Assembly: GCF_018977255.1 (NCBI RefSeq)
Contig: NW_024704742.1
Coordinates: 107,014,001 to 107,078,000 of the forward strand
Direction: 5' to 3'
Source: Callorhinchus milii
Lineage: Eukaryota
Length of the DNA: 64,000 bases
Each line of letters starts with the position of its first letter. Within the stretch, counting starts at the first letter, position 1. Under the pieces are notes generated by a model, which searched no databases, was not told the origin of the DNA, and worked only from the letters and a program-made list of their open reading frames with translations. Of this stretch, positions 13,000 to 26,078 are shown piece after piece. Both the position numbers and the translations under genes were made by a program.

Positions 13000-14478
13000 C
13001 AACAACAACAAATTACATTTGTATAGCGCCCTTCAAGTCAGGAGGATGTTCCAAGGTGCTGGACAGTCAGAGAATTGGACCCAAGCAGGGGGTTGGGATC
13101 AGGAGGGGTGGAGGGCAGGAAGGGTAGGACTGGCCGGATGGGGAAAATGAAGCAGGCTGGAGCCTGCTGAGCGAAAGGAGCGCACAGGTTGATTTGGAGT
13201 TAGCAGGTCACAGAGGTAGAGAGGAGCAAGGCCGTGGAGCGCTTTGAAGTTGAGGACAAGGATTTTGAACTCTATCCTCTGGGGGATGGGGAGCCAGTGG
13301 AACTGGGCGAGGGTGGGGGTGATGGGGTCACTGAGCCTGGTGTGGGAGAGGACCTGAGTTCTGGATGATCTGCAGCTTGTGGAGGAAAGAGTTGGGAAAG
13401 CCATCAAGCAGGGAGTTGGTGTAGTTGATAGATGTAATAAATGTGTGGATGAGGTGGAGTGTGCATCCCTGGATGGGGATGCTGTCAGTGCCTGAGGTGT
13501 GGAGGCGCTGACAAGAGCCAATCAGGAGAGCCTCGGTCTTGTTGATGTTCAACTGTAAAAAGTTAGCTCTCATCTCGGACTTGATGTCTGACAGACATTC
13601 TGTCAGGATAGCAGTGATCCTGGAGTCTAAGGTGGAGACAAAGATTGAGTTGGGTGTCATCCGCATACATGTGGAAGTTGACCTCATGTCTGCGGATGAT
13701 GTCACCAAGAGGGAGCATGCAGATGTTGAAGAGAGAATCGAGTCCTGAGAAACGCCACACGAGACTGTGCGGGGGCTATAGAGAAGAAGCCATTTGTGGA
13801 GATAACGTGGAGATGGTGTGAAATATAGCATCTGAACCAGTCAAAAATAGAGCCATGAAGATTGAGGTGAGAGGAGACTCATTCCGGGACCTTGGAAAGG
13901 AAAGGGAGGTTGGAGATGGAGCAGTAATTGGAGAGCAAGTATGGGTTCAGGGAAGGTTTTTGAGGATAGGGGTAATGATGGCTGTTTTTAAGGGGATGGG
14001 AACGGTGTCAGTGGACAAGAAGAGGTTGATAATGTTTGTGAATAGAGAGCTGAGGAGGTGGGGCAGGGAAGTAAGGAAAGTGGTAGGGATGGGGTCAAGG
14101 GAGCAGGTGGGTTGGATTCATATGGGTCATAATGATGGTGAGAGAGGAAGGGAAGACAAGTTCGAAGGTTTAGAGAGTGGGATGGGTAGGGGCCAGAGTG
14201 TGAGTGGGAGGTGGGGAGGGGTTAATAGTTGGAAGACTAGAAGCAGCTGAGTGGATCCCCTCGATTTTGGTCTTGAGGAAGTCCAGCATCTCCTTGCAGT
14301 TGGAGTTGGAGGAGAGGATAGTCGAGGCATGAGAGGGTGTGCGGAGGAGTTGGTTAGTGGTGGAGAAGAGGAGCCTGGGGTTGTCGTTGGCCTCCAAAAT
14401 TATCTTGGAATAGAAGGATGATTTAGTGGATGAAAGGGCAGAGCGGTAAGTTTTGATGTGATCCAGCCAGATCTGCCG
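13000..14478 (-). mobile_element. L2 LINE, truncated, with internal deletions
   Basis: Encodes fragments [18 protein letters not shown] and [14 protein letters not shown], with a (GTT)n tail. Confidence 0.92.
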
Positions 14479-15897
14479 TTAAATTAGACGTGCTGTCAAA
14501 TGTAAGGATTATTATAATTTATGTGCAAGGATTATTTTTCCACCTGTGAAACATCCTTTGGAGACATTGAAGAGGTTTAACCTTTATCAAAGACCAGTTA
14601 ACATTGCTGAAGCAAGTGGCTCTTTTTGAATCAATGGAAGAAATAGGAGTGCAGTTTGGGAATGTCAACTTTTAGTCTGGAGAATGTAAATATTTAAAAC
14701 TATATGTAAACATTGCAAAACAAATCATATAAACACCATGGAATGTAAAGCATTGAATGGTGTAAATAAACTCTCTGAACTCTTAATTGTTCTTTAATGT
14801 TCAATAATTGTTTTTCTTCATTTAGTAAACTTATGCTCTGCAATTGTTGAAAGCTTCTCTCTATAGGCGTGGCGACCAATGGGGTAGAACCATGGAAAAT
14901 TTACAGGGCTCACAAAAAACATTCAGCCCTTCATGCTTGTGCTGGAGTGAAATCTACAATACATCACCTCAGTACATTGAGCATCACCAGCACATGTGAA
15001 GCAGCAACTCCACAAACATCTCTACCTGCATTGAAATCTTTTATATGTGTTAGCTTGGTATAGAATAGGTCAAATCTGTATAGCGATTTACTAACAAGTA
15101 GGAAAAATGTTCCCTATTTATCTTCTGAAAACCTTTCAGAAATTTGAAGACCTTTATTAGATTGGGTATTACAGTGATTTAGCTTGGACAGAAATCTGAA
15201 GAAATTTATTAGATTCTCTATTGGAGTTTTTCAGGTTGGAGGAAACAACAGGATTTATATTTTATTCTCTCAATCCCTCTTTTTGTTCTATACTTTCTTT
15301 TGTCTTTATTGTTGATCCTAAAAATGCATGTATAGCAGGATTAGAGTCACTCAGGTTAATAACGTTTCATAAAAGCTTGTAGTGTAACCACTGATCTGCG
15401 TCTTGGAGTGAAGCAAAGTAGAGATTGCTGTATTCATCTCCGAAATCATTATGAGTTATTTCACTTCCACATACTCCAGCTCAGAACAGCTGCCCTCAAA
15501 TAATAAAGATAATTCCTGCCCTCAGAGCGATGGTTCAAAATTAGAAAGTAGCTTATGAAATTTGTTGGAGGTGGATGCAATATTAAATTTGTCATGGTTT
15601 GGCCCATCCCCCATTTGTGTTATAATTTAAGATGGCTGTGCCTTATTTTCAATCTCTTTCGTCTGGTGAGCTTTGTGTTTTTCTTCTCATTCAGAGAATT
15701 TAGTCTTTGTTAGGAATGCAAATTCGGACTCCTCGGAGATTAGAGCAATTAGTTCTTATTTCTCACTGTTACATTGAGTCAGTTTTACCAAATTCATATT
15801 ATGTGCATGATTTAGTTTTAAATAATTGATCTTATTCTCGTGTAGATCTGCATTTCCATCTTCCCGACGTGTGAAATATATTTGTGAACTCTCCTAA

Positions 15898-15922
15898 NNN
15901 NNNNNNNNNNNNNNNNNNNNNN
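15898..15922. other. Assembly gap (25 N)
   Basis: Run of n in the sequence. There is also a single n at 32886. Confidence 0.99.
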
Positions 15923-17124
15923 AGTGCCAATGAAATGATCTGTTCAGCTTTTCTGAACCACCTTTGAATGACAGCATGATATTTTGGGGGTGTTAGTGAA
16001 AAGGTGCATTTGATGGGGAACTGTGATAGCAACTATTACAAATCTTAGAAAGCTCTTGATCACAGGAAGTATAGCTTACTGACAATCAAAGATTAAAAAA
16101 GTACTGGAGAAATGAAAGTAACTTGAGAAGCCATAGTTCTTGAAGGGCTGTGGCAAAATGAAGCCACAACATGAATTGATGGATACAGTGTTCTACAGCT
16201 GGTGCTGTTTCCATAGGTAGTTTGGGAAATTGCAGCATTAAGAACCAAGCTCCTAGATTCCAGCCTCCAGCAAATATCTAATCAAGAGCCTTTACCTGCT
16301 ACCACACTGTTTGATGAGAAAGTTTCTAGGTGAGGAGAGAGTGAACACTACTGTTCAACACAAGCTTCAGAGACTTATGTGCTGTCAGAGACGGCAATGG
16401 CCCGTAGCCACCAGTATATTCCTTGATGCTGGGTTTTGTCGTACAAAGCATGCAAAAATCACAGAATGAAAGATACAATTCAAATGAGGAACATTAATCA
16501 CAACTCAATTGTCATAATCAACTACACCTCACCAACACATTCATTATAATACCCCGTCCACTCCAATAAACTTAATAACAATGTACCCAGGTGGGATGTT
16601 TGCCTTACACTTGAATGCATCTTGCTGAATGTTCATATAACATTCCTTTTGATTATTATTCATTTGCTGCTGTGTGATGAGTGATAGCATGGGGTAGAGC
16701 AAATGAGCTATGCAGTCAGAGAAAGAATATAGGTAGCCTTGAAAATGATGATTTTTTATGGTCAGAAATTCTCCTGACTGAGGACATTGTCAAGCTGAGG
16801 GAATGAAATCTATTAACAGATCAGTGAATAATATTCAAAGACTGTATTATTCTTTGATAACATGAATCTTTTGTGTTTTGTAAGGGGAGAGAAGGAAATT
16901 GACTCTATCTAGAGTTTAAATTGGAGAACATTTTAGGAGAATAATTTTGCCTTTTTAAGTATCTTTCGTTCCTTTCACTTTCTTGGATGGGCCTTTGCCA
17001 TAGTTCTTCAAAGGCCATGGTAAAATGAACCACAATATGAATTGATGCATACAATGTTCTACAGCTGGTGCTGTTTTTATAGATAGTTTGGGCAATTGCA
17101 ACATTGAGAACCAAACTCCTAGAC

Positions 17125-19008
17125 TCCAAGATAATCTTGAAGGCCAAGGACAACCCCAGACTCCTCTTTTTCATTACCAACCAGTTCCTCCATTTATCCT
17201 CTCACGCCTCGCTCATCCCCTGCTCCAACTCCAACGGCAAGGAGATACTGGATTTCCTCAAGACCAAAATCGAGGGGATCCATTCAGCTGCCTCCGCCCT
17301 CCCAACCGACACCCCCATCCCATCTTCCCCTCACATTCCACCCCCTACCCATCCCTCCCTCCACACCTTCGAACCTGTCCCCTCTTCTTTCACCACCACT
17401 ATACCCCACATGAAGCCCACCACTTGCTCCCTCGACCCCGTCCTTACCACTCTCCTTACCTCCCAGCTCCACTTCCTTGCCCCTTTACTCTCATTTCTCA
17501 TCAACCTCTCCCTGTCAATTGGCACTGTTCCAAACCCCCCTCAAAACAGCTGTCATCACATCTATCCTAAAAAAAAACTTCCCTGGAACCATCCCTTCTC
17601 ACAAACTACTGCCCCATCTCCAACCTCCCTTTCCAAGGTCCTTGAAAGAGTTGTTACTTCCCAGCTTCATTCTTTCCTCTCCTGCCACTTCCTTTACGAA
17701 ACCCTCCAATCAGGTTTCCGTGCTGCCCACAGGACGGAAACAGACCTGGTGAAGGTGACAAATGACATTCTGTCCATCTGTGACTAGTGGTCCCTCTGCC
17801 TCCTCGACCTCTCTGCAGCCTTCAGACACTGTGGACCACTTTATCTTCCTCAACCTCCTCTCCTCTCACCTCATCCTTCAAGATTCTGTCCTTGAATGGT
17901 TCAGATCCCATCTCTCACACCTGCTCCACTTGTCTCCACAAACGTCTTCTCTTCTAGCTTCCACACAGTCTTGTGCAGTGTTCCTCAGGGCTCTGTCCTC
18001 GGTCCCCTCCTCTTCACCCTCTATAGGCTCCCCCTTGGTGACATCATCTGCAGATATGGGGTAAATGTCCACATATATGTGGATGACACCCAACTCTATC
18101 TCTCTGCCTCCACCCTCAACTCCAGGACTAGTGGCGTCCTGACCGACTGCATGTCCGACATCAAATCCTGGACGAGGGACAACTTTCTCCAACTTAACAT
18201 CAGCAAGACCAAGGCCCTCCTGATTGGCTGGTGCCAGCGCCTCCACACCTCAGACGCTGGCAGCATCAGCCTCCACGGCTGCACACTCAACCTCACTAAG
18301 CCAGTCAGGAACCTGGGTATCTTGTTTGACCTTGAACTGTCCTTTCTCCCCCACATCCGCACCATGACTGGCACTGCCTACCACCACCACGGCAACATTG
18401 CCAGACTCCGCCACTGCCTCACCCCTCAGGCTGCCGAAACCCTCACCCACTCATTCGTTACATCAAGGCGCGATTATGGAAACTCCCTCCTCATCGGCTT
18501 TCCCAACGCTTCCCTTCACAAGCTACAGATCATCCAAAACTCTGCAGCTCATGTACTCTCATGCACCAGCTCCGCGACCCCATCACTCCCACCCTCGCCC
18601 GACTCCACCGGCTCCCCATCCCTCAGAGGATCGAATTCAAAATCCTCATCCTCACTTTCAAGGCCACCCATGGCCTTGCCCTCTCCTACCTCTCTGACCT
18701 GCTAACTCCTTACCAACTTGCCCGCTCCCTTTGTTCAGCGGGCTCCGGCCTGCTCCACGTCTCCTGCCTGACCTGCCCTACCATCGGTGGCCGGGCTTTC
18801 AGCCTCTCTGCCCCCACACTCTGGAACTCCATCCCTTCGCCTCGCTTCTTCCCTTGCCTCCTTCAAGGCCGGTCTCAAGACCCTCCTCTTCGACCTTTGG
18901 TCACCTTCCTCCCCCTCCCCCAGCTCAGTACCAGGATCCGTTACTGTAAAGAGCTCTGAGACGTCCGGTGTGGTGGGCACTATATAAATCCAAGTTGTTG
19001 TTGTTGTT
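17125..19008 (+). mobile_element. L2 LINE ORF2 3' half, frameshifted, with an intact 3' tail
   Basis: Encodes [43 protein letters not shown] and [13 protein letters not shown]. Ends CTATATAAATCCAA(GTT)n. Confidence 0.94.
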
Positions 19009-19907
19009 CCCACATGGCATACATTGTGCATGCAACTGGTCTCAGCTGCCCTGCCATATTCCCAGAAGTTTTATATTATTTTAATATAATTATTATATAT
19101 TTTACAATTATGCACCTCTTTCTTCCTCTGCACCAAATTCCCACTCTCACCAAATTCCTTAACAGAATTAAGCTCTGTTCCACCTCACTCAGTTCCCTCC
19201 TCACGCTGCTATTCTCCCTGCTCAAGTCCTGCTGGGCTCTCTGCTCATGTCATTTTGAGCACCTTATCAAATGCCAAGTGTATTAAGAAACAAGTCAAAG
19301 CAAAGGATAGTCACCCACATAATAAATGCTCAGAAGAGAATTGATTCAACATAAAAAAGAGGCAATTGATTCAACATAAAAAAATTGACAGTATCTTCAA
19401 AGCTCTTGAAGGCTTGAGACCTGGCTTCAAACAACGGATAGTTATTAAAAAAAAGCTTTGAAGAAACAATCATTTAGATTTGAATTTACAGAAAGGTTGT
19501 GCTGAAGGCAGGAAGCCTTTAAAGGATATTGTGTTAAAGAAACATTTTAGAAAATGATAGTCGAATGTGAATGTCAAGATGGTTTGAGTTTTTTCTCTCT
19601 GGTTTTACCAGTGTACTCTAAAAGGCAGGACAAAGGTTAATTGAGATTAATGGAGGTCTGCTGGCTGACTGGTGATAATTCTTAAATGTGGTGCATATGG
19701 GAGAGACGACCTTTCTCCTCACAGAAATAAAAAATAAATTGAATTGGCATCAAGTCAAGGAAACTCATAGTCTAACCCAGGGTCTTGGGAAATGAGACAA
19801 GATTGAGAATTAACTTAGAAGGGGGAGAATGCAAGGATTCACTGCTGAACCCTGGGGCAAAGCATTAAATAAAATGTTCCATCCAGCCTTTGAATCTCGT
19901 GCCTGAT

Positions 19908-20016
19908 ATGCGGCCCGGGGGCCGGCACCGGCCCGTCCTGCTTTGCCGACATCCGCACGTTCCTGGTGGCGGAGTGTTTGCTGATGCTGATCCAGGGCAT
20001 CAGCGGCGCCTACCTG
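19908..20016 (+). CDS. SLCO3A1: SLCO3A1-like (OATP3 family) first coding exon: N-terminus and TM1. The 5' boundary is uncertain.
   Basis: Frame 1 from 19936 reads SCFADIRTFLVAECLLMLIQGISGAYL, similar to human OATP3A1 SCFSNIKIFLVSECALMLAQGTVGAYL (recalled). It ends at a strong phase-0 donor CTG|GTGAGT (20016/20017). The nearest ATG (19908) is out of frame unless one G is removed from the G5 run at 19917-19921. Confidence 0.8.
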
Positions 20017-20035
20017 GTGAGTGCTGCTGTCACTG

Positions 20036-20850
20036 CCCCCCCCCCCCCCACACACACACCCAAGAACACACCCCCCCCCCACACACACCCCCCACACACA
20101 CACACAGACACCCCCCCCCCCCCACACACAGACCCCCCCCACACACACACACACCCCCCCCCACACACACACACACCACACACACACAGACACCCCCCCC
20201 CACACACACACACACACCCCACACACACAGACACACACACACCCCCCCACACACACACACACCCCCACACCCCCACACACACACACACACACACCCCCCC
20301 CCCACACACACACACCCCCACACCCCCACACACACACACCCCCCCCACACACACACACACACCCACACACACACACCCCCACACACACAGACACCCCCCC
20401 CCCCGCACACACACAGACACCCCACACACACACACACAGACACCCCACACACACCCCCCCACACACACACACACCCACACACACACCCCCACACACACAG
20501 ACACCCCCCCCCCGCACACACACACACAGACACCCGCACACACACACACAGACACCCCACACACACACAGACACACACAGACACCCCCCACACACACAGA
20601 CACACACCCCACACACCCCCCCCCACACACACACACACCCACACACACACCCCACACACACCCCCCCACACACACCCATACACCCCCCCCCCCCCCCACA
20701 CACACACCCCCCCCCCCCCACCTTGTGCAGCATCAGTAGCGAGGAGTGCATGTTAACGACAGGGAATTGAGTTGCGCTGTATTACAATCATTGATTGCTC
20801 CCCCCCCCCCCCCCCCTTCCACCTCCTCCTCTCCCCCACCTCCTCCCCCC
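20036..20850. repeat. (CA)n/poly-C low-complexity tract
   Basis: About 690 bp almost entirely C/A with a recurrent ACAGACACCCC, plus C-runs at 20799-20852. Confidence 0.97.
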
Positions 20851-21050
20851 CCAAAAAAAAACACCCCACGTTGAAACTCCCACTTGTCCGGGTTTTGTGC
20901 GCGCTGCACAGTGACTGTTCTGTAAACTGCTTCAGTGTGTACACCGCAGATTAAACACCTCCCCAGTGAGAGCCTGTGGACTGGATCCACAACACCTCTG
21001 TTGTACCGGGACTGACTGGTTACCAGAGTCCTACCACTTGTGGTCCAGAC

Positions 21051-21268
21051 TAATAATAATAATAATAATCCTTGCTTTTGACCTTTTTGACCGCGCCTTT
21101 GGTCACCTTCCCACCACTCCCACCCCGGCTCGGCCCCGGGACCCTAAACTGTGAAGCGCTCCCGAGACGCCGTCCGGCGCGGAGGGAGTTATATAGATCC
21201 AAGTTGTTGTTGTTGTTGTTGTTATATAGTGGCTTATCACGTCGTTGAGACGTCTCAAACCGCTTCAG
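21051..21268. mobile_element. Minus-strand SINE tail split by a plus-strand L2 3' fragment (21082-21223)
   Basis: Host (AAT)nCCTTGCTTTTGA | L2...(GTT)n | ATATAGTGGCTTATCACGTCG. Confidence 0.85.
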
Positions 21269-21944
21269 TAGTGTCCCACAAAGAGTCGTGGGATTGAGTG
21301 ACCGCATTTTATTTTCAAATGGATGAGATCAGGGTGCACAGAGATCATTCTCAGGGGGTACGTTTGCACTGTGTCAATGAATCTCATCACATCCAGGGGG
21401 AATGTCTGTGTGTGGGGATCAAGCCACGTCCCCTGTTAAACCACACGGTTAGCGTCCATTTGACGTGCTTTTCTTTTAAGAGTTCAATCTACACTTAAAT
21501 GAGTGCTATAATTCCTGCACAGCTGACATGAAATCGGTTTCGAGACCAGCTAACTCAGCTCAAAACATTGGGTCCCAGTCTTGAGACCATCAAGGAGGTG
21601 GACTGCCCATTGAATCAATCCAGGCAAATGGGAGCAGTAAAAATCTGATCTGCTTTTACTGGGTAAAATGCTTTGATCCTTGGCCAGTTTACAGATTTGG
21701 ATGGTGTGAGTTTTCAGAAATACTACATTTTCAATCTTACCAAGAAAAAGAGAACTATCTTTGGGCGCTCCATTGGACCTTTCTCAATTTTCTATATACA
21801 ATATACTGTATATATATTCTCCACTCTCATCCAATCCTACACTCCTTTTCAGGCAGCATTTCATAATTATTACATCAAACAGTAACAACAAACTTGATTT
21901 CTCCCAGCTGAGCGCTAGTCACACACACTCTAGTACATCACACA

Positions 21945-22218
21945 ATTGACCATGCGTTGACAATCAGAGTTAGCATCGCATTCAATCATGCAGTGGACAT
22001 TTCGGTTGAGCTTGGTACTGCCCTCATCCGACATCCACAAACCTGTATCTTCCAGCGAATACATATCAGGAGCAGGAACCCTGGCTGATTTCTCCCTCAC
22101 TTGCTCAGAGTGCTGAGCCTAATTGCATCCGCCATACCTTGGCCACAGCTGAGATCGGTTAATCCAACACAAAACCTGTAGCCTGTGGCTTAGATTTTCA
22201 TTGGATCACTGAGCCATT
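21945..22218 (-). mobile_element. Old SINE-like repeat, family not named
   Basis: The reverse strand starts TGGCTCAGTG and contains GATCTCAGCTG...AATCAGCCAGGGTTCCTGCTCCTGAT. A weaker relative lies at about 54300-54550. Confidence 0.45.
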
Positions 22219-25200
22219 GCTAAAGGATGCTAGGAGACGAAATCCACCAGTCAGTATAGGTGCAGAGCTTGGTGATGTGCGTTTATAGCAGGGAAATGCC
22301 ATTACAAATTTATACCACTGAGTTTGGTAACTAACCTTGTCGACAGAATTTCATCTCTTAATATTATTGGAGCATAGGCCACACCCTCAGCTCTTTAATA
22401 ATGAAAAACTGGTATCAGATGGTTGAGCAAAGGAGCAGAACTCTGCTTTCTTGTAATTCAGCCATGGGTGAGAGCAATTCAGAGTGAGAAGTGGAATTCC
22501 TGATTTGTTGGAGGCTGTGCCACTAGCAATGATGGTACACTGCTTCCTTTAAACAAGTTAGGATTCAGTTTGTACTTTTGGCAAAACTTTGCCAGTAAAC
22601 AAATCACAACTGGCTCACAGAGATGGGGTCAGGTGTGTTCCACTTCAGGTACAAAATGTGCAGCTAACTCCCCATCCAAAAATTACTAGTTGGAAAGTTA
22701 CCGTAACTAATATTTTGTTATGTTTGCTGCCCAGGGAAGGTGATTACTTTTACCAAACGTGTGGAGAGATTTATTTCCACAATACGTGTTGGTTCTAATG
22801 CCAACATTAATAAATGTTTGCCTGTAGTTTTGCCAATGGTGTCAATATTTACTAGAATTCTTCCTGTGTACTTTAGTACCACTGTGATATTTTTGTCAGA
22901 ACACCAGAATACAGAACACTGGGAGTTAAACACGCTGCTAACACCTACCTCCCCCCCACCCTCCACTAACACTGTGCGCTGTGAAAACATAAGGAAAACA
23001 AGCAAATCATACAAAGATAATTGGACCCATCTCCTTACCCTGTTGGGTTGAACAGGATTTGGTTTACTCTTTTTTAGTGAGACTGTTGTTTGTGTGTATA
23101 TATATTAGCTGTACCCATTGCAGCTTCGCTTGCAACCAAAAGATCCAATATGGAATGTAGATTGATACACAGACAGACATTTCATCTTTATCTATACTCA
23201 TCTGGGAGGACTCCTGTGGGAGGACTCATTTTGGCCGTGCTGTTCTTTGAGTGGGCAACTCATTTTGCCGCGCTGTTGCAGTCCTTTCAGCATTGAAGTG
23301 TAGCCGCGCTGTTCTTTTTCCTTCAGTTTTATGTAATGGGCATTTTTGTCTAGCATTTTTACTTATCTTTGAAAGACTTGATTTCTGTTTAGGCAGCTTT
23401 ATAATGATGTATAATTTATAATCACTGGGACGTCCTCCCGACGTGAAAGACTCTTTAAAAATGTAATTTTGTTGTTGTTGCCGCGGCTTAGCTTCGTCTG
23501 TGCTTGTTAGTTTGTTTCCGCTGCTTGGCTCTGTACGTGCTCCGTGCCGCAGGATGCCACAGCGCCACTTTGACCCGGTGGCTACCAGGTGTAACTGCAG
23601 TGAAAAACACAAAACTGAAATACATTTTGGATCATAACTCACAAACGATAAGAGATACCTGAAAACAAATATGCCCATGTCACTGGCAGATGCAAGACCT
23701 TTCTGGTGAGGTATAAATCATGTCTCAATATCAATCGGTTATTGAGATCCTTCTTGAAGTGCAGATAGACATCATCGTTTTATTAGTATAAATATATATA
23801 ATAGTCCTTGCATTTGATATAGTGCCTTATCACATCTTCGAGACGTCTCAAAGCCCTGCACAGAATATACTCTAGAGTGAATTAACTGTATATTTTGTGT
23901 ACGAAATGTATAGCAATGCCATCTTCGAGATATCAGCAGACCTGTTGAGCAGCAGTAGCAGCACTTTGATGGTAAAATATAGATAGCCGCTCTATGTTCA
24001 GCATATTGCATAATGTTCTGCATTCAATATAGCAGCACAGAACAGGTCCTAGAGGCAGAGCCAATGAGTGCGACGGGGCTGATCCTCAGCGTTAGAGGAT
24101 CAAGCAGTAAGGAATAACTAGATAAGCTGGAGCTCTTCAGCCTTGAATAGAGACCTCTCAAAGGAGATCTTATAGAGGTAGATAAAACAGCTAATGGAGA
24201 AGTAGGTAAACTGGAATGATAGCTTCAAAAATGCCCAGGAAACAAGACATGAGGTTGCAGGTTGAGGGATTGTGAAGGGAAATTTTAGGATAAAGAAACT
24301 TTACGCAGAGGATAATATCCAAATCAGACTAACAGTTTCACAGAGTAGGAACGAGTCACAAGGGAGAGCGTGTGGCCAGAACATGGGATTAATATAAGAC
24401 ATAGTTTAATGCTGTAATGGGAAATGTTAGTAATTGGGAACGATGAATTCAAATCAAGTTGCCTTTTCATCTCAGCCTAATGTATTATGAATTCTTGCAG
24501 GAACATTAATGACAAGGTTGAAAAACACCATTTTATTTATACTCCCCCAAATGACATTGCACAATCATGGCACTGATAGTGTTTGGTGGCCACACTCAAG
24601 ACTTGTCTGAAATCTGATTAAAGTAGCAATAGGTGGGTTTCACAATGACTGTGTACCCTTACTCTTTTGCAGATAAGATTGCAGTGTCCCTTAGTTAGTT
24701 ATCGCTCTGCTATATTTATGCACCGACCAGCTAGAAGGTGAAGGTGACCTACATGTTAAATTAGGATCATTTCCCAATGGCTGCGAAGATGTTAAGGTTT
24801 TCACAGTGATCAGTCAGAAGAGCATGTGGTTTGGGTGTTGTTGCTGGTAATGTCCACTCACTTGTACCAATCACAGCAGAACCCTGAGGCAAAGAGTGAA
24901 GTTCAGTGGTGCAAAGTGGCACATCACTCAGATATCACCTGGAATCAGTGTCTGCTACAAAAATGTCAATATCTTCCCAGTGGCAAGGGAGGGTTTTAAC
25001 AGGTGGTGGTTGTTGTAAGTATTCTCTTGCTAAAGGTGTTGAATAGATTCTCAGCAAAAGTAGTGGTGCTAAGGCAGTTGTTAACCATTTCAAAAAAGTA
25101 CAATGTACGTGTTTGCTTGAGGATATATATCGAACTAGAAAAGATCTTTGCAATCCAACTGATCAGCTGCAAAGCAAAAAATCATATACTCTATTCCTCA

Positions 25201-25399
25201 TAAACTCAATCTTTTTTTTCATCTACTTGAACTAAATGATAAAGATATTGGTGTAGATTCAGATGAATGCATTTTCCTAGATTTATATCATGGAAACAAG
25301 GTCATTCAGCCCAACTTTATACTCTACTTGAGCCTATACCAAGTCCTTACCCGTTCCCATAACGTTTCATTCCCTTTTCCCTCATGTGAATATCTAGCT

Positions 25400-26078
25400 T
25401 CCTCTGAGTCAGAAAGTTGTGGGTTCAAACTCCATGTTGGGATTTGGAACTCATAACAACTACAACTTAGATTTATATAGCGCCTTCCACGCCGGACGGC
25501 ATCTCAGAGCGCTTCACAGCAACGGATCCCGGGGCCGAGCCAGGGGGAGGGGGAGGAAGGTGACCAAAGGTGCGGTTGAAAAGAATGGTCTTCAGCAGAG
25601 ACCTGAAAATTGGAAGAGAGGAAGCGAGGAGAAGGGAGTGAGAAAGCGAATTCCATAGCCTCGGGGCACAGTGGCTGAAGGGTGGTTGGAGCGGAGGACT
25701 CGGGGGACAAAGAGGAGGCCAGACCCGGAGGAACTCATACAGTCTAAGCTAATATTTCAATGCAGTGTTAGGGATATGATGCATTATCGAGGTGCCACAC
25801 TTCAGATGAAATGTAAACCGTGCCTATTCATTTGGTTGTTAAGAATCCCATGGCACTTTTCGAAAAGAGAAGGGAGTTTTTCTCTTCTTGGTGTCTAGCT
25901 ATCAATCACCCAAATAAAATTGGTAATTCGTGTCATGGCTGTCATTGCTGTGTGCAAATTAGCTGCTGCATTTGCCCGAAAAACACATAGTCACTAAACT
26001 TTACAGTATATCCTATGAAGTGCTTTGAGACAACCTTCTGACATGAAAGGCTTATAGAAAATATGAAGATCATTATGA
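25400..26078 (+). mobile_element. SacSINE1-like SINE interrupted by an antisense L2 3' fragment (25456-25729)
   Basis: CCTCTGAGTCAGAAAGTTGTGGGTTCAAA head and a Deu core at about 25945. The insertion is flanked by GGAACTCATA on both sides. Confidence 0.82.

Noticed and set aside
19829..19906. ATG giving MQG..., like the start of human SLCO3A1
   Set aside because: It is in a different frame, stops at 19904, has no further similarity, and AATGCAAGGATT is a common SINE-tail motif here.
19810..20770. Long Pro/His/Thr-rich and Cys/Val/Gly-rich ORFs on both strands
   Set aside because: They are translations of the CA/poly-C tract, which lacks stop codons. Only the part up to 20016 is coding.
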